The notes beneath the pieces are model-generated. The model was not told the origin of the DNA. It was given only the letters and a program-made list of their open reading frames with translations, and made no database searches. A stretch of 64,000 bases of DNA from assembly GCA_037386905.1 (NCBI GenBank), contig JARRLQ010000001.1, positions 5,947 to 69,946 of the forward strand, in the 5' to 3' direction. This stretch comes from Woeseiaceae bacterium. Lineage in GTDB: Bacteria; Pseudomonadota; Gammaproteobacteria; Steroidobacterales; Woeseiaceae. Positions 49,014 through 58,604 of the stretch are shown here, one piece after another (the first letter of the stretch is position 1; each line of letters starts with the position of its first letter). The position numbers and the translations under genes were made by a program.

Positions 49014-51407
49014 CTACCAGGCAGGCTTCAATCTGCCGGTCTCATCCTCGACATAAGGCATCCACGCAAGGCCGACGAGCGGCACGTGGATATCGGTGCT
49101 TTTCGCACGCACGACAACCTCGGCAAGCTCTTCGGATTGCGCGTCGAACGCTGTGTCCAGTGCCGCAATTTCTTTTTTTAGCTCGCGACCCAGCTGTTCC
49201 ATGTCCGACCTGACCTTGCGCGCCGTTTCCTGCGCGCGCTTCACGTCGGCAGCTTCCTTGCGGGCCCGGCCAGCGGAGCGCACAGCAGTGCCCACCCTGC
49301 GCGCCGAGGTGCTCGACACCCGCTTGCGGCCGAGCAGCGCGCCGAGGATGGCGTTGCCAAATGACACCGCCGTATCGAGCTTGCGTTGGCTCGCTTGTTG
49401 CGACTCGCGTTCAATGGCCTGGTTGGCGCGCAGCAAACGATTTTCCAGCGTCGTCGTCTTCGCCGCGTAGCGTTTACGAATTTTCGCAATGGCCCGGTCG
49501 CGCTTCTCATTAGCGATCACCTGCAGGCGGGCGCGGAAATCACCTTCGGTTTCCCCGACCCCCGACGTGAGCCGGAACTTCTTGCTGCGGTAGAGCGTGA
49601 TCGTCTCGTTTTGCCGCACCCAGCGCTTGAAGTCCCGGCCCCACCTGGCATAGCTCTTTGCGGAGCCGGCAGCCTCCGGAATCGGTGCGTAAGCGGCGTC
49701 CGGCAGGCCTTCACCGCGCAGGCTGTCGACGCTGATTGACAAGGCATCGCTGTTGTCCCAATCGACGCTGACGGGTCCGTCCTCGAACTCGACGGCATAC
49801 AGGGCGCTCTGCTCGGACTCGACGTGGTAGCGCGCGTTGTTGAACAGCATGTCCGCCGCCGCCAGCAACCGTGGGTAATAGACGACGTCTGTGGCCAGCG
49901 TTGGGACAAACACCTGCTCCACGTCAGGCGGCAACGCCGGCGCTGCGGTCTCTGCGCGACGCTTCGGTTTGCTGACCGTGCGCACCGCCGCTGCCACTTT
50001 CGCTTTCGCTCTGGACATCAACGCCTTGATGTTGTCGCGTGTCAGCGGACCAGCGAGGTAGGAAAGAACCCAGCGCGTGCCAAACACCACAGCCTCGTCT
50101 TCGTGCACGTTGTGCAGCAGGAAGCGGCGCTTGCCGAGCCCGGCCAGCGTGCGCTCCATCTTCTGCTTGTCGAAGTCACCATCGCTGGCTCCTTCGAGGC
50201 CTTCCATGACGCGGGCCTTGTCGCGCTCGGTCTGCAGGCGGCCGATGAACCAGGTGCCCGTATTCGACAGCCCCTTGTAGTCGAGGTCGACCGGGTTCTG
50301 AGTTGCCAGGACGAGGCCGAGCCCATACGCGCGCGCCTGTTTGAGCAATGTCAGAAACAGCTTCTTGGAAGGCGGGTTCGATACCGGCGGCATGTAGCCG
50401 AAGATCTCGTCCATGTACAGGATTGCACGCAAGCTGGAGGTGCCCTGCTGCGCCCGCATCCAGCCTATGAGGTCGTTGAGCAACATCGACACGAAGAACA
50501 TGCGCTGCGCGTCATCGAGATGGGCGATCGACATGACTGATATGCGCGGCTTGCCTTCGGCCGTATACAGCAGGTTCTTTGCGTTGAGCGGTTCGCCTTG
50601 CATCCAGGCCTCGAAGCCAGGCGCCGCGAGCAGGTTGTTGAGGCGCATTGCCAGCGCGAAGCGGTCCTTCGCCGGGAAAAACGAGTCAAGCGTCATGACG
50701 CCGACCTGCGAGATCGGCGGATCCTGGATTTCGGCAATCAGGCTCGCGATATCGAGGTCGCGGCCATCGCGCCAGGCATTGTCGAGCAGGCGCGAAAGCA
50801 GGATATGTTCGCGGCTGGCGACAGGGTCGGCATCGACGCCCAGCAAGGTCAGGATGCCTGTCGCCGTTGCCTGCACGCGTTCGCGATAAAGATCCACATC
50901 GTCGATCAGCGCCGCATCCGGGGCGGCAAATGACTGCAACACCGAAACCGGCATGCCTGCGTTGCTGCCTGGCGTGTAGATGGCAAGATCGACGTTGCTT
51001 CGCATCTGCGCTATTCGCGAGCCCGTCTGGCCCCATTCGCCCAGGCCCTTTTTCCACAGCGTGGCCTGTGCGGCGGCATACTCGTCCGGTGACAGTCCCT
51101 TGTCGGAGGCCGCCCTGGCGTTCACCCATGGCCGAAAGTTCTCGGGCCGAAGCTGCGGGAATGTCAGCAGGATGTTGCCCATGTCGCCCTTCGGGTCGAT
51201 GGCGATCACAGGGATGTGATCGAGCGCGGCCTCTTCGAGAATGCCGATACCGAGACCTGTCTTGCCGGAACCGGTCATGCCGATGATTACGGCATGCGTC
51301 GTCAGGTCCTTCGCGTCGTACAGGACAAGCTCATCCGTAAGCTCGTCCTTCTCTGTATCGAAGCGCTTGCCGAGATAAAAAGCACCCAGCTTTTCGAAGT
51401 CGCTCAT
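49014..51407 (-). CDS. HerA/FtsK-superfamily (DUF87-like) P-loop ATPase with long C-terminal extension
   Basis: 797 aa. Walker A AVIIGMTGSGKTGLG followed by VIAIDPKGD. Walker B-like LRAILYMDEIFGYMP. ARAYGLGLVLATQNPVDLDYKGLSNTGTWFIGRLQTERD is typical of HerA/FtsK/VirB4-type ATPases. The C-terminal 300 or so residues are uncharacterised and end in a highly charged coiled-coil-like segment. Confidence 0.75.
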   Translation of the reverse strand: MSDFEKLGAFYLGKRFDTEKDELTDELVLYDAKDLTTHAVIIGMTGSGKTGLGIGILEEAALDHIPVIAIDPKGDMGNILLTFPQLRPENFRPWVNARAASDKGLSPDEYAAAQATLWKKGLGEWGQTGSRIAQMRSNVDLAIYTPGSNAGMPVSVLQSFAAPDAALIDDVDLYRERVQATATGILTLLGVDADPVASREHILLSRLLDNAWRDGRDLDIASLIAEIQDPPISQVGVMTLDSFFPAKDRFALAMRLNNLLAAPGFEAWMQGEPLNAKNLLYTAEGKPRISVMSIAHLDDAQRMFFVSMLLNDLIGWMRAQQGTSSLRAILYMDEIFGYMPPVSNPPSKKLFLTLLKQARAYGLGLVLATQNPVDLDYKGLSNTGTWFIGRLQTERDKARVMEGLEGASDGDFDKQKMERTLAGLGKRRFLLHNVHEDEAVVFGTRWVLSYLAGPLTRDNIKALMSRAKAKVAAAVRTVSKPKRRAETAAPALPPDVEQVFVPTLATDVVYYPRLLAAADMLFNNARYHVESEQSALYAVEFEDGPVSVDWDNSDALSISVDSLRGEGLPDAAYAPIPEAAGSAKSYARWGRDFKRWVRQNETITLYRSKKFRLTSGVGETEGDFRARLQVIANEKRDRAIAKIRKRYAAKTTTLENRLLRANQAIERESQQASQRKLDTAVSFGNAILGALLGRKRVSSTSARRVGTAVRSAGRARKEAADVKRAQETARKVRSDMEQLGRELKKEIAALDTAFDAQSEELAEVVVRAKSTDIHVPLVGLAWMPYVEDETGRLKPAW

Positions 51408-51414
51408 AAACGCA

Positions 51415-52977
51415 CTACTGCGGCATCACGTACTCGTAGCTCGCGCCGAGCCCCAACGGCAGGCCGATTGCGTAGTAGATGATCAGGAATACCGTCCAGG
51501 TCAGCAGGAACCAGAGCGAGTACGGCAACATCATCGCCGCCAGCGTGCCGATACCGGTGCCCTTGACGTAGCGCTGGCAGTAGACGACGACGAGCGGGAA
51601 GTACGGCATCAGCGGTGTAATGATGTTGGTGCTCGAGTCGCCGACGCGGTAGGCCGCCTGCGTCAGGTCCGGCGAGATGCCGAGGGTCATCAGCATCGGC
51701 ACGAATATCGGTGCCAGCAGGCCCCACTTGCCGCTGGCCGAACCGATGAACAGGTTGACGAAGCCTGTCAACAGCACGATGCCGACGATCAGTATCGACG
51801 GGAAATCCTTCAGACCCTTGAGCGCCTCCGCACCGGCGAGCGCGAGCAGCGTACCCAGGTTCGACGCGCCGAATGCATACACGAACTGCGCGATGAAGAA
51901 CATGATGACCAGGTAATACGCCATCTGGTGCATCGAGTGCGACATGCCCTGGATCACGTCTTTCATGCCTTTCAGCGTACCGGCGACATAGCCGAACACG
52001 AGGCCAGGAATCAGGAAGAACAGGAAGATCAGCGCGACGATCGAGCGCATGATCGGCGCGCCGAAATCGGCGAGCTTGCCGTTTGCGGCGCGCCACGGCG
52101 AGGTCTCCGGCACCAGCGACAAAGCAAGTACCACGACGCCCAGCAACATGACCAGCAACGCCCAGACCAGGCCCTTGCGTTCTTCAGGCTTGAGCTCGTG
52201 CAACTCGGGCAGATCTTCTTCGTCACCATCGATCGGCGTGCCGCTGATGCGCGGCTCGACGATGCGGTCAGTGATCCACCAGCCGAGCCCGATAATGAGC
52301 ACGGACGACGCGGTCGTGAAGAAGTAGTTATTGAGCGTGTTGACCTCGATGGAAGGATCGAGCAATTGGGCGCCACCCTGCGTCAACCCCTGCAAAAGCG
52401 GGTCGAGCGCGGCAGGCAGGAAGTTTGCGGAAAAACCGCCCGAGACACCGGCAAACGCCGCGGCGATGCCGGCAAGTGGATGCCGACCTGCGGCGTAGAA
52501 AATGACGCCGCCAATCGGGATTACCAGCACGTATCCCGCATCTACAGCAGAGTGGCTGACGATGCCGACGAGTATCACCATCGGCGTTAACAGCCATTTG
52601 GCCGTGACATTGAGCAGCGCCCGGATGCCGGTAGTGATGAAGCCGGAATGTTCGGCCACCCCGATGCCGAGCATCGCAACGAGCACGGTACCTACCGGCC
52701 CGAACTGCACGAAATTCGTCACGAGCTTGGTCAGAAACGTCGTGAATGAAGTGCCGGTCAACTGGTTGATGATAACGATCGGCTCGCCGGAGCGCGGGTC
52801 GATGTAGCTGTACGTCAGGTACGACAGCAGCCACGACAGTACCCAGACGACGAACAGCAGCACGATAAACAATACTGCCGGGTCGGGTAGTTTGTTGCCG
52901 ACGCGTTCTACTGTGCCGAGAAAACCGCCGTTGCTCGCCGGCGGCGGCGCTGCCTGTTCTTGTTGTTTTTCTGACAT
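51415..52977 (-). CDS. AbgT family transporter (p-aminobenzoyl-glutamate/dipeptide-type)
   Basis: 520 aa and polytopic. N-terminus GFLGTVERVGNKLPDPAVLFIVLLFVVWVLSW is typical of AbgT. Confidence 0.9.
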   Translation of the reverse strand: MSEKQQEQAAPPPASNGGFLGTVERVGNKLPDPAVLFIVLLFVVWVLSWLLSYLTYSYIDPRSGEPIVIINQLTGTSFTTFLTKLVTNFVQFGPVGTVLVAMLGIGVAEHSGFITTGIRALLNVTAKWLLTPMVILVGIVSHSAVDAGYVLVIPIGGVIFYAAGRHPLAGIAAAFAGVSGGFSANFLPAALDPLLQGLTQGGAQLLDPSIEVNTLNNYFFTTASSVLIIGLGWWITDRIVEPRISGTPIDGDEEDLPELHELKPEERKGLVWALLVMLLGVVVLALSLVPETSPWRAANGKLADFGAPIMRSIVALIFLFFLIPGLVFGYVAGTLKGMKDVIQGMSHSMHQMAYYLVIMFFIAQFVYAFGASNLGTLLALAGAEALKGLKDFPSILIVGIVLLTGFVNLFIGSASGKWGLLAPIFVPMLMTLGISPDLTQAAYRVGDSSTNIITPLMPYFPLVVVYCQRYVKGTGIGTLAAMMLPYSLWFLLTWTVFLIIYYAIGLPLGLGASYEYVMPQ

Positions 52978-52998
52978 GTGAGTCCCCTGTGCTCAGTC

Positions 52999-53067
52999 GG
53001 GGTCAGAGCCCCTTTTTTCCCAAATGAGCCTTTGTTCCACATGTGGTCAAAAAAGGGCTCTGACCCC
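52999..53067. repeat. palindromic element, family B (GGGGTCAGAGCCC(C)TTTTTT arms, about 30-nt centre)
   Basis: The left arm 52999-53018 pairs with the right arm 53049-53067 with one bulged C. The centre contains the small palindrome CCACATGTGG. Related copies lie at 56554-56591 and, as a half-copy, at 11478-11495. Confidence 0.8.
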
Positions 53068-53078
53068 TTTCCGGAAGT

Positions 53079-54905
53079 CTACCAGCCGCAGCTGCGGCCT
53101 TCGTTCTGTTCCTTGAGATAGCCCATGAGCGGCTCGAAGTAATCGATTATCGCCGACGCATCCATTTCCTGCGTGCCGGTCAGCTTCTCGAGCGTTTGCT
53201 GCCAGGGTTCACTCTGGCCCGCCTCGAGCATCGCGTAGAACTTTTCGCCAGCCTCCTCGCTGCCATAAACCGAGCAGGCATGCAGGTCGCCCTGATGTCC
53301 GGCGATTTCGCACAGCGCCCGGTGGAACTGGAATTGCAGAATGCGGGCAAGGAAGTAGCGCGTGTAAGAAACGTTGCCCGGCACGTGATACTTGGCGCCC
53401 GGGTCGAAGTCCTCTTCAGTGCGCTCGACCGGTGGCACGATGCCCTGGTACTTGAGCCGCATGTCCCACCATGCCTGGTTGTAGTTTTCGGGCGTGACCT
53501 CACCGGCGAACACGGCCCAGCGCCACTCGTCGATGAGCTTGCCGAAGGGCAGGAACGCGATCGAGTCGAGCGCCATCTGCATCTGCCGGTTGATAATGGC
53601 CTGCTCGCTGTCTTGCGCCGAACTGATCAGGCCGACCTCCTCGAGGTATCCGGGCGTCATCGACAGAACAACGGTGTCGCCAATAGCCTCGTGGAAGCCA
53701 CCATGCGCGCCGCCCTGGAAAATCGGCGGCTGGTCCTTGTACGCGCCCTGGTAATAGTTGTGGCCGAGTTCGTGGTAAATCGTGCGCAGCATCTCGTAAG
53801 TCGGGCTGATACACATCTTGATGCGCAGGTCGTTGCCGCCATCGAGCCCCCAGGCGCTGGCGTGACACACGACCTCGCGGTCCTGCGGTTTCGTAAACTG
53901 CGAGCGCGTCCAGAACGTGTCCGGCAGGCGCGGCATGCCGAGTGAGACGTAGAAGCTTTCCGCCGAACGGACCATTTCCTGCGGCGAGTAGTCCTTGGTC
54001 TTCAGCGTCTTGTCGACGTCAAGATCGGATACGCCGGGATACGGTTCGAGCAGATCGTACAGCGAGCCCCACTCCTGGGCCCACATGTTGCCGAGAATGT
54101 GCGCCGGGATCGGGCCATCCTGCGGCACCTTGTCGGTGCCATACACGTCACCAAGCGTCGCGCGGACGTGGCAATGCAGCTCGTCGTAGAGCGGCTTGAC
54201 CTGCTCCCACAGGCGGTTGGTTTCGCCGCGGAACTCGGCCGGGCTCATGTCGAAGCCGGCGCGCCACATTTCGCCGAGATTGGCATAGCCGAGCGTGGCG
54301 GCGCCTTCGTTGGCAAGCTCGACGTAGCGCTCGAACTTGGCGCGCATCGGTTTCGCAATCTGGCGCCACCCCTGCCAGAGGTCGAGCAACTCGTCATAGT
54401 CGCGCACCGACTGCATCCGTTGCTCGAGCTCGGCTCCGGGAAGGCAATCGTCCTCGCTGCGGCAGTACTTGCCCTCGCCATAGATGCCCGTGAGTTCGGT
54501 CGCAATCTCGGTCAGCTCGCGACGCTTCGCTGGATCGTCCGGCGTGGGCAGCGAGGTGCCCAGCTTGAGCAGGTCGATTGCGCGCCGTGTTTCGGGCGCG
54601 AGGTCCATGTCATCGTAGGCCCTGGCCTGCGCGACCGTTTCGCTGAACCACTTTGCGTAGCGCTCGCGGGCGAGCGAACTCAGGATCGCCGTATCCTGGG
54701 TGATATAGGTTGCACGCACCCAACCGGCGGCGCCGGTCTCGCGACTGAGCTCGGCGAGCTCGTCGTTGACGCGGGCCACAAACTCGTCGGCTGTCTCTGT
54801 TGGTGCGGCAACTGTGTCCGCTTCTTCGGCTTGCTGCGAGCATGCAGCAAGAACAGTCGCGAGCACCAGGCCCGCAAGCAATTTCGTAATGTATTTCATT
54901 GTCAC
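53079..54905 (-). CDS. M2 family peptidyl-dipeptidase A (angiotensin-converting-enzyme homologue) lipoprotein
   Basis: Lipobox LATVLAACS. Zinc site [11 protein letters not shown] with downstream GGFHEAIGD (HExxH plus E), closely matching the ACE catalytic core. Confidence 0.9.
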   Translation of the reverse strand: MTMKYITKLLAGLVLATVLAACSQQAEEADTVAAPTETADEFVARVNDELAELSRETGAAGWVRATYITQDTAILSSLARERYAKWFSETVAQARAYDDMDLAPETRRAIDLLKLGTSLPTPDDPAKRRELTEIATELTGIYGEGKYCRSEDDCLPGAELEQRMQSVRDYDELLDLWQGWRQIAKPMRAKFERYVELANEGAATLGYANLGEMWRAGFDMSPAEFRGETNRLWEQVKPLYDELHCHVRATLGDVYGTDKVPQDGPIPAHILGNMWAQEWGSLYDLLEPYPGVSDLDVDKTLKTKDYSPQEMVRSAESFYVSLGMPRLPDTFWTRSQFTKPQDREVVCHASAWGLDGGNDLRIKMCISPTYEMLRTIYHELGHNYYQGAYKDQPPIFQGGAHGGFHEAIGDTVVLSMTPGYLEEVGLISSAQDSEQAIINRQMQMALDSIAFLPFGKLIDEWRWAVFAGEVTPENYNQAWWDMRLKYQGIVPPVERTEEDFDPGAKYHVPGNVSYTRYFLARILQFQFHRALCEIAGHQGDLHACSVYGSEEAGEKFYAMLEAGQSEPWQQTLEKLTGTQEMDASAIIDYFEPLMGYLKEQNEGRSCGW

Positions 54906-54921
54906 AACCAGTTTTTAGTGA

Positions 54922-56448
54922 TTACTTGATGCCGTGCGTCGCGCGGTTGATGAGCGGTGCAAACAACAGGAACAACAGCCCTGCACCGACAACGATGCCC
55001 GCCACGACCGTGAACAGCTGTTCCGGCGGCAGTGTTTCGATTCGTCCCGCAATAAGGCCGGCGACGAGGTTGCCAAGGGCGGCGCCCATGAACCACGTGC
55101 CCATCATCTGGCCGACGAGCCTGTGCGGTGACAGCTTGGTAACGCTGCTCAGTCCGACCGGGCTCAATGCGAGTTCGCCAACGGTATGGAAAAAGTAGGT
55201 GACGACCAGCCACGTCATGCCGACGCCGATTGCGGAATTGCCGACAGCGCCCTCCGGCACATACAACGATCCCCAGGCCAGCACGAGGAAGCCGACGCCG
55301 AGCAGCGCCAGGCCCATGCCGAACTTGACGGGGATCGACGGGTTTCGCGCACCAAGCTGCACCCACAGCAAGCCCATTACCGGCGCCAGCAGAATGATGA
55401 AGATCGGATTTACCGATTGCAGCCACCCGGTGGGCACCTCCCAGCCGAAGATGACACGGTCGGTAAGGTCGCGGGCGTAAATATTCATCGAAGAACCGGC
55501 CTGTTCGAAACCCGACCAGAACATCGCCGCGCCGAGGAACAGGATAAAGATGACAAAGATGCGATGCCGTTCGATCTTGTCTTTGCAGGCGAAGAACATC
55601 ACGCTGGCGAAGTACAGCGCGGCAACGATGACAACAATGAGGCCGGTTGCCTGCGCGAAGCCGACCACGGTCATCGCGATCGTGCCGCTCGAACTCAGTG
55701 CATACAGCGCGCCGCAGAAAATGGCGCTGCCAATCAGCGCGTAGATCAATTGCTTGCGCCCCTGCGCTACACGGGCGAGGGCCTCTTCATTGAGTTCGCC
55801 CGCGCCTTTGAGGGCGGGTATGCCGCGAAGGTAAAAGATCAGGCCGAATACCATGCCTATGCCGGCAAGGCTGAAACCGACATGCCAGTCGACTCTCTCT
55901 GCGAAATAGCTGCAAACGAGAGGGCCCGCGAACGCGCCGATGTTGATGCCCATGTAGTAGATCGAGAAACCGGCATCGCGACGCTCCGGCGTGTCGCCCT
56001 CATAAAGATCGCCGACAATGGCGCTGACGTTGGGTTTGAGCAGGCCGGTGCCGATGACGAGGAAAATCAGGCCCATGAAGAACGACCAGTATTCCGAGCC
56101 CGGAATAACAATGGGCGCCGCCAGCGTAAAGTGGCCGAGCGCGATAACGATGCCGCCGATCAGGACCGCCTGCCGCTGGCCGATAACGCGGTCAGCAATC
56201 CAGCCGCCCGGCAATGCCAGAGCATAGACACCAAACGTGTAAAGCCCATAGATGGCGCCGCTGATCTCGGTCTCGAGGCCGAGCCCGCCCCGTGCGACGT
56301 CCGTCATATAAAGAATCAGGAACGCACGCATGCCGTAATAGCTGAAGCGTTCCCAGAGTTCGGTGTTGAACAGGGTCATTAACCCGCGAGGGTGACCAAA
56401 CGCCCCTCTTTCGTGTACGGGCGCCGTCGGCGCGGCCGATTCTGTCAT
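54922..56448 (-). CDS. proton-dependent oligopeptide transporter (POT/PTR2, DtpA/B-like)
   Basis: PTR2 signature in TELWERFSYYGMRAFLILYM, 12-14 TM helices. Start preferred at ATG 56448 (GGGGGA Shine-Dalgarno 7 nt upstream) over 56484. Confidence 0.9.
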   Translation of the reverse strand: MTESAAPTAPVHERGAFGHPRGLMTLFNTELWERFSYYGMRAFLILYMTDVARGGLGLETEISGAIYGLYTFGVYALALPGGWIADRVIGQRQAVLIGGIVIALGHFTLAAPIVIPGSEYWSFFMGLIFLVIGTGLLKPNVSAIVGDLYEGDTPERRDAGFSIYYMGINIGAFAGPLVCSYFAERVDWHVGFSLAGIGMVFGLIFYLRGIPALKGAGELNEEALARVAQGRKQLIYALIGSAIFCGALYALSSSGTIAMTVVGFAQATGLIVVIVAALYFASVMFFACKDKIERHRIFVIFILFLGAAMFWSGFEQAGSSMNIYARDLTDRVIFGWEVPTGWLQSVNPIFIILLAPVMGLLWVQLGARNPSIPVKFGMGLALLGVGFLVLAWGSLYVPEGAVGNSAIGVGMTWLVVTYFFHTVGELALSPVGLSSVTKLSPHRLVGQMMGTWFMGAALGNLVAGLIAGRIETLPPEQLFTVVAGIVVGAGLLFLLFAPLINRATHGIK

Positions 56449-56553
56449 TATTATTTCCCCCGGCTGGCGGCTGTCACCGCTCATTCCTCTCAGGATGGGC
56501 TACGAATTAAACACTATTTCACGTGTAACTGGCTACTTGACGTATGCACGATT

Positions 56554-56591
56554 GGGGTCAGAGCCCTTTTCACTAAAAGGGCTCTGACTCC
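56554..56591. repeat. palindromic element, family B, short-loop copy
   Basis: GGGGTCAGAGCCCTTTT-cact-AAAAGGGCTCTGACTCC forms a 17-bp stem with one G-T pair. It sits directly after, and overlaps by 1 nt, the tatC stop codon. Confidence 0.75.
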
Positions 56592-57352
56592 TATTGTGTT
56601 GAGACAGCTTCAGTCTCTTCGGGTTTCTTCGTAAACATACGTGACATTAGAATTCCTGCCTCGTAAAGCAGGTACACCGGCACTGCAAGCATCGTCTGGC
56701 TGATGGCATCCGGGGGGGTCAGGAACATGCCGACGACGAATGCGCCGAGGAAAACATACGGACGAGCCTTGGAGAGTTTTTCGGTGGTGGTCAGGCCGGT
56801 CCACACAAGCAGAACAACCGCGATCGGAGTCTCGAAGGCCAGGCCGAACACAAGGAACACTCGCATGATGAAACTGACGTACATGCTCATGTCGGGCTTG
56901 TAGTCGACCAGCTCCGGCGTAAACGCCGTGATGAAGCCGAAGATCAACGGGAACAACACGAAATATGCGAACGCCATGCCAACGTAAAAGAGCACTATGC
57001 TGGTGCCGAGCAACGGAAACGCAAAGCGCTTTTCTTTCATGTAGAGCCCGGGTGCGACAAACGCCCACAGCTGATAAAGGATGACGGGCATGGACAGGAA
57101 AATGGCCAGGTAAATAAGCAGCCCGAACGTCGCGGTCAACGGACCGAGGGCCTCAAGGGATTGCAGTTTTCCGCCAGGCACAACGCTGGCCAGCGGAGCG
57201 GCCGCGAGGTCGTAGATCTTCCGGGAAAAGGGAACCATTGCCAGGAAAACTACGAGTATCGAAACGCAGGCCTTGACCAGTCGGTTGCGCAGCTCGGTCA
57301 GGTGTGAGAGCAGCGTGCCTTCCGCGAGCTCTTCTTTTTGTTCTTCCGCCAT
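56591..57352 (-). CDS. tatC: twin-arginine translocase subunit TatC
   Basis: 253 aa, six TM segments. LSHLTELRNRLVKA, and FLTPPDAISQ near the C-terminus. Confidence 0.95.
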   Translation of the reverse strand: MAEEQKEELAEGTLLSHLTELRNRLVKACVSILVVFLAMVPFSRKIYDLAAAPLASVVPGGKLQSLEALGPLTATFGLLIYLAIFLSMPVILYQLWAFVAPGLYMKEKRFAFPLLGTSIVLFYVGMAFAYFVLFPLIFGFITAFTPELVDYKPDMSMYVSFIMRVFLVFGLAFETPIAVVLLVWTGLTTTEKLSKARPYVFLGAFVVGMFLTPPDAISQTMLAVPVYLLYEAGILMSRMFTKKPEETEAVSTQ

Positions 57353-57678
57353 TACGCGGTCTTCTCGCCTTTATCTTTCGCCGGTGGAGGCGTTACCGGC
57401 TCTTCTTCATCGTGCATCGGCGAAAACGTGTCGTCGTCTCGCGGTGTGATTATCTGGTTGGGGTCGAATTGTTTTTTGATTTCATTCGGGTCGAAGCCGA
57501 GGTTTTTCTCGGCGCCCAGTTCTTCTTCGAGCTGACGTTTCATTTGCCGCGTCATGCGCTTGGCCTTGCCGACCCAGCTGCCGATTTGTCGCGCGACACG
57601 CGGTAACCGCTCAGGCCCCAGGATCAGGAGCCCGATCAGGCACAGCAAAAAGAACTCGGATACGCCTATTCCGGACAT
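57352..57678 (-). CDS. tatB: twin-arginine translocase subunit TatB
   Basis: MSGIGVSEFFLLCLIGLLILGPERLPRVARQIGSWVGKAKR is the TatA/B fold with a long amphipathic and acidic tail. It overlaps the tatC start by 1 nt. Confidence 0.9.
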   Translation of the reverse strand: MSGIGVSEFFLLCLIGLLILGPERLPRVARQIGSWVGKAKRMTRQMKRQLEEELGAEKNLGFDPNEIKKQFDPNQIITPRDDDTFSPMHDEEEPVTPPPAKDKGEKTA

Positions 57679-57693
57679 CGTCTGCCCCGGCCG

Positions 57694-57927
57694 TTAAGCG
57701 TCTTTCTTCTCGGTCGGTTCTTCAACGGGAGTATTCTCGAAGTCGGCGTCTTTCGAGTCGTCGGATATTTGCTCGGACGCCTCGTCGGCCTCATTCATCG
57801 CCGAGCGGAAGCCCTTTACGGCGCCGCCGAGATCGGACCCCATGTTACGGAGTTTCTTGGTTCCGAAGATCGCCAGAACAATGACCAGAATGATCAGTAA
57901 TTGCCACGGACCAATGTTGGCAAACAT
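57694..57927 (-). CDS. tatA: twin-arginine translocase subunit TatA
   Basis: [44 protein letters not shown]. Start at ATG 57927 inside the longer ORF. Confidence 0.9.
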   Translation of the reverse strand: MFANIGPWQLLIILVIVLAIFGTKKLRNMGSDLGGAVKGFRSAMNEADEASEQISDDSKDADFENTPVEEPTEKKDA

Positions 57928-58024
57928 GTTGTTTCTCCCGGGGCCGGGCCCCAATTCCTCTCTGTGCGCAATGATAACGCCAAAGGCCGCACATTACCGT
58001 GCCGGCGTCACACCGATGTAGTGT

Positions 58025-58462
58025 TCAGGATTCGAGCCAGAAAGTGACAGGCCCGTCGTTCGTTAACGATACCTGCATATTGGCGCCAAAGCGCCCGGTT
58101 TCAACTGTCTCGAGCTGCTCCTGGCATGTCGCCACAAGCCGCCGGAAATACTCCTCGCCCATCTCGGGTGGCGCTGCCCTGGTGAAGCTCGCCCGTGTGC
58201 CTTTCCTGGTGTCGGCCGCCAGTGTGAATTGCGGCACCAGCAACAAGCCGTAGTTTTCGTCCAGAAGGCTACGGTTCATGCGGTCTTCGGCATCGGGAAA
58301 CACACGGTAGGTCAGGATGCGCTCCGCCAGGCGGGCGATATCCCGCTCTTCGTCATCGCGATGGACTGCGACCAGGACCATCAGGCCGCGGCCGATCTCG
58401 CCGATCGTTTCGCCGCCCACGGCCACCGAGGCGGCCGAAACCCGTTGTAGCAAGCCAATCAT
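58025..58462 (-). CDS. dtd: D-aminoacyl-tRNA deacylase
   Basis: MIGLLQRVSAASVAVGGETIGEIGRGLMVLVAV and C-terminal NDGPVTFWLES. Start at ATG 58462, the canonical Dtd N-terminus. An alternative ATG at 58492 would add 10 residues. Confidence 0.9.
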   Translation of the reverse strand: MIGLLQRVSAASVAVGGETIGEIGRGLMVLVAVHRDDEERDIARLAERILTYRVFPDAEDRMNRSLLDENYGLLLVPQFTLAADTRKGTRASFTRAAPPEMGEEYFRRLVATCQEQLETVETGRFGANMQVSLTNDGPVTFWLES

Positions 58463-58572
58463 GGTCTTTATTAATGCATCAACGAGATTCAATAGCTATA
58501 GGCGCGAGCAAAGAATGTGAGAATTTACAGGCGTCAGGGACGACGCTGCTGCCACAGAATCATGGAAGATAT

Positions 58573-58604
58573 GGGCCCCGATCTCCGGATTGGGGCCCTT
58601 TATT
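58573..58604 (+). terminator. orphan intrinsic-terminator-like hairpin in the dtd/TRAP intergenic region
   Basis: GGGCCCCGATC-tccg-GATTGGGGCCC (11-bp stem including one G-T pair) is followed by TTTATT and an A-run. No annotated plus-strand gene lies upstream of it. Confidence 0.45.

Noticed and set aside
56515-56530. parS-like palindrome TATTTCACGTGTAACT upstream of the POT gene
   Set aside because: It matches the TGTTTCACGTGAAACA consensus at only 13 of 16 positions. It is a single site about 40 kb from dnaA, with no parAB nearby. This is too weak to call without ChIP or a genome-wide parS census.
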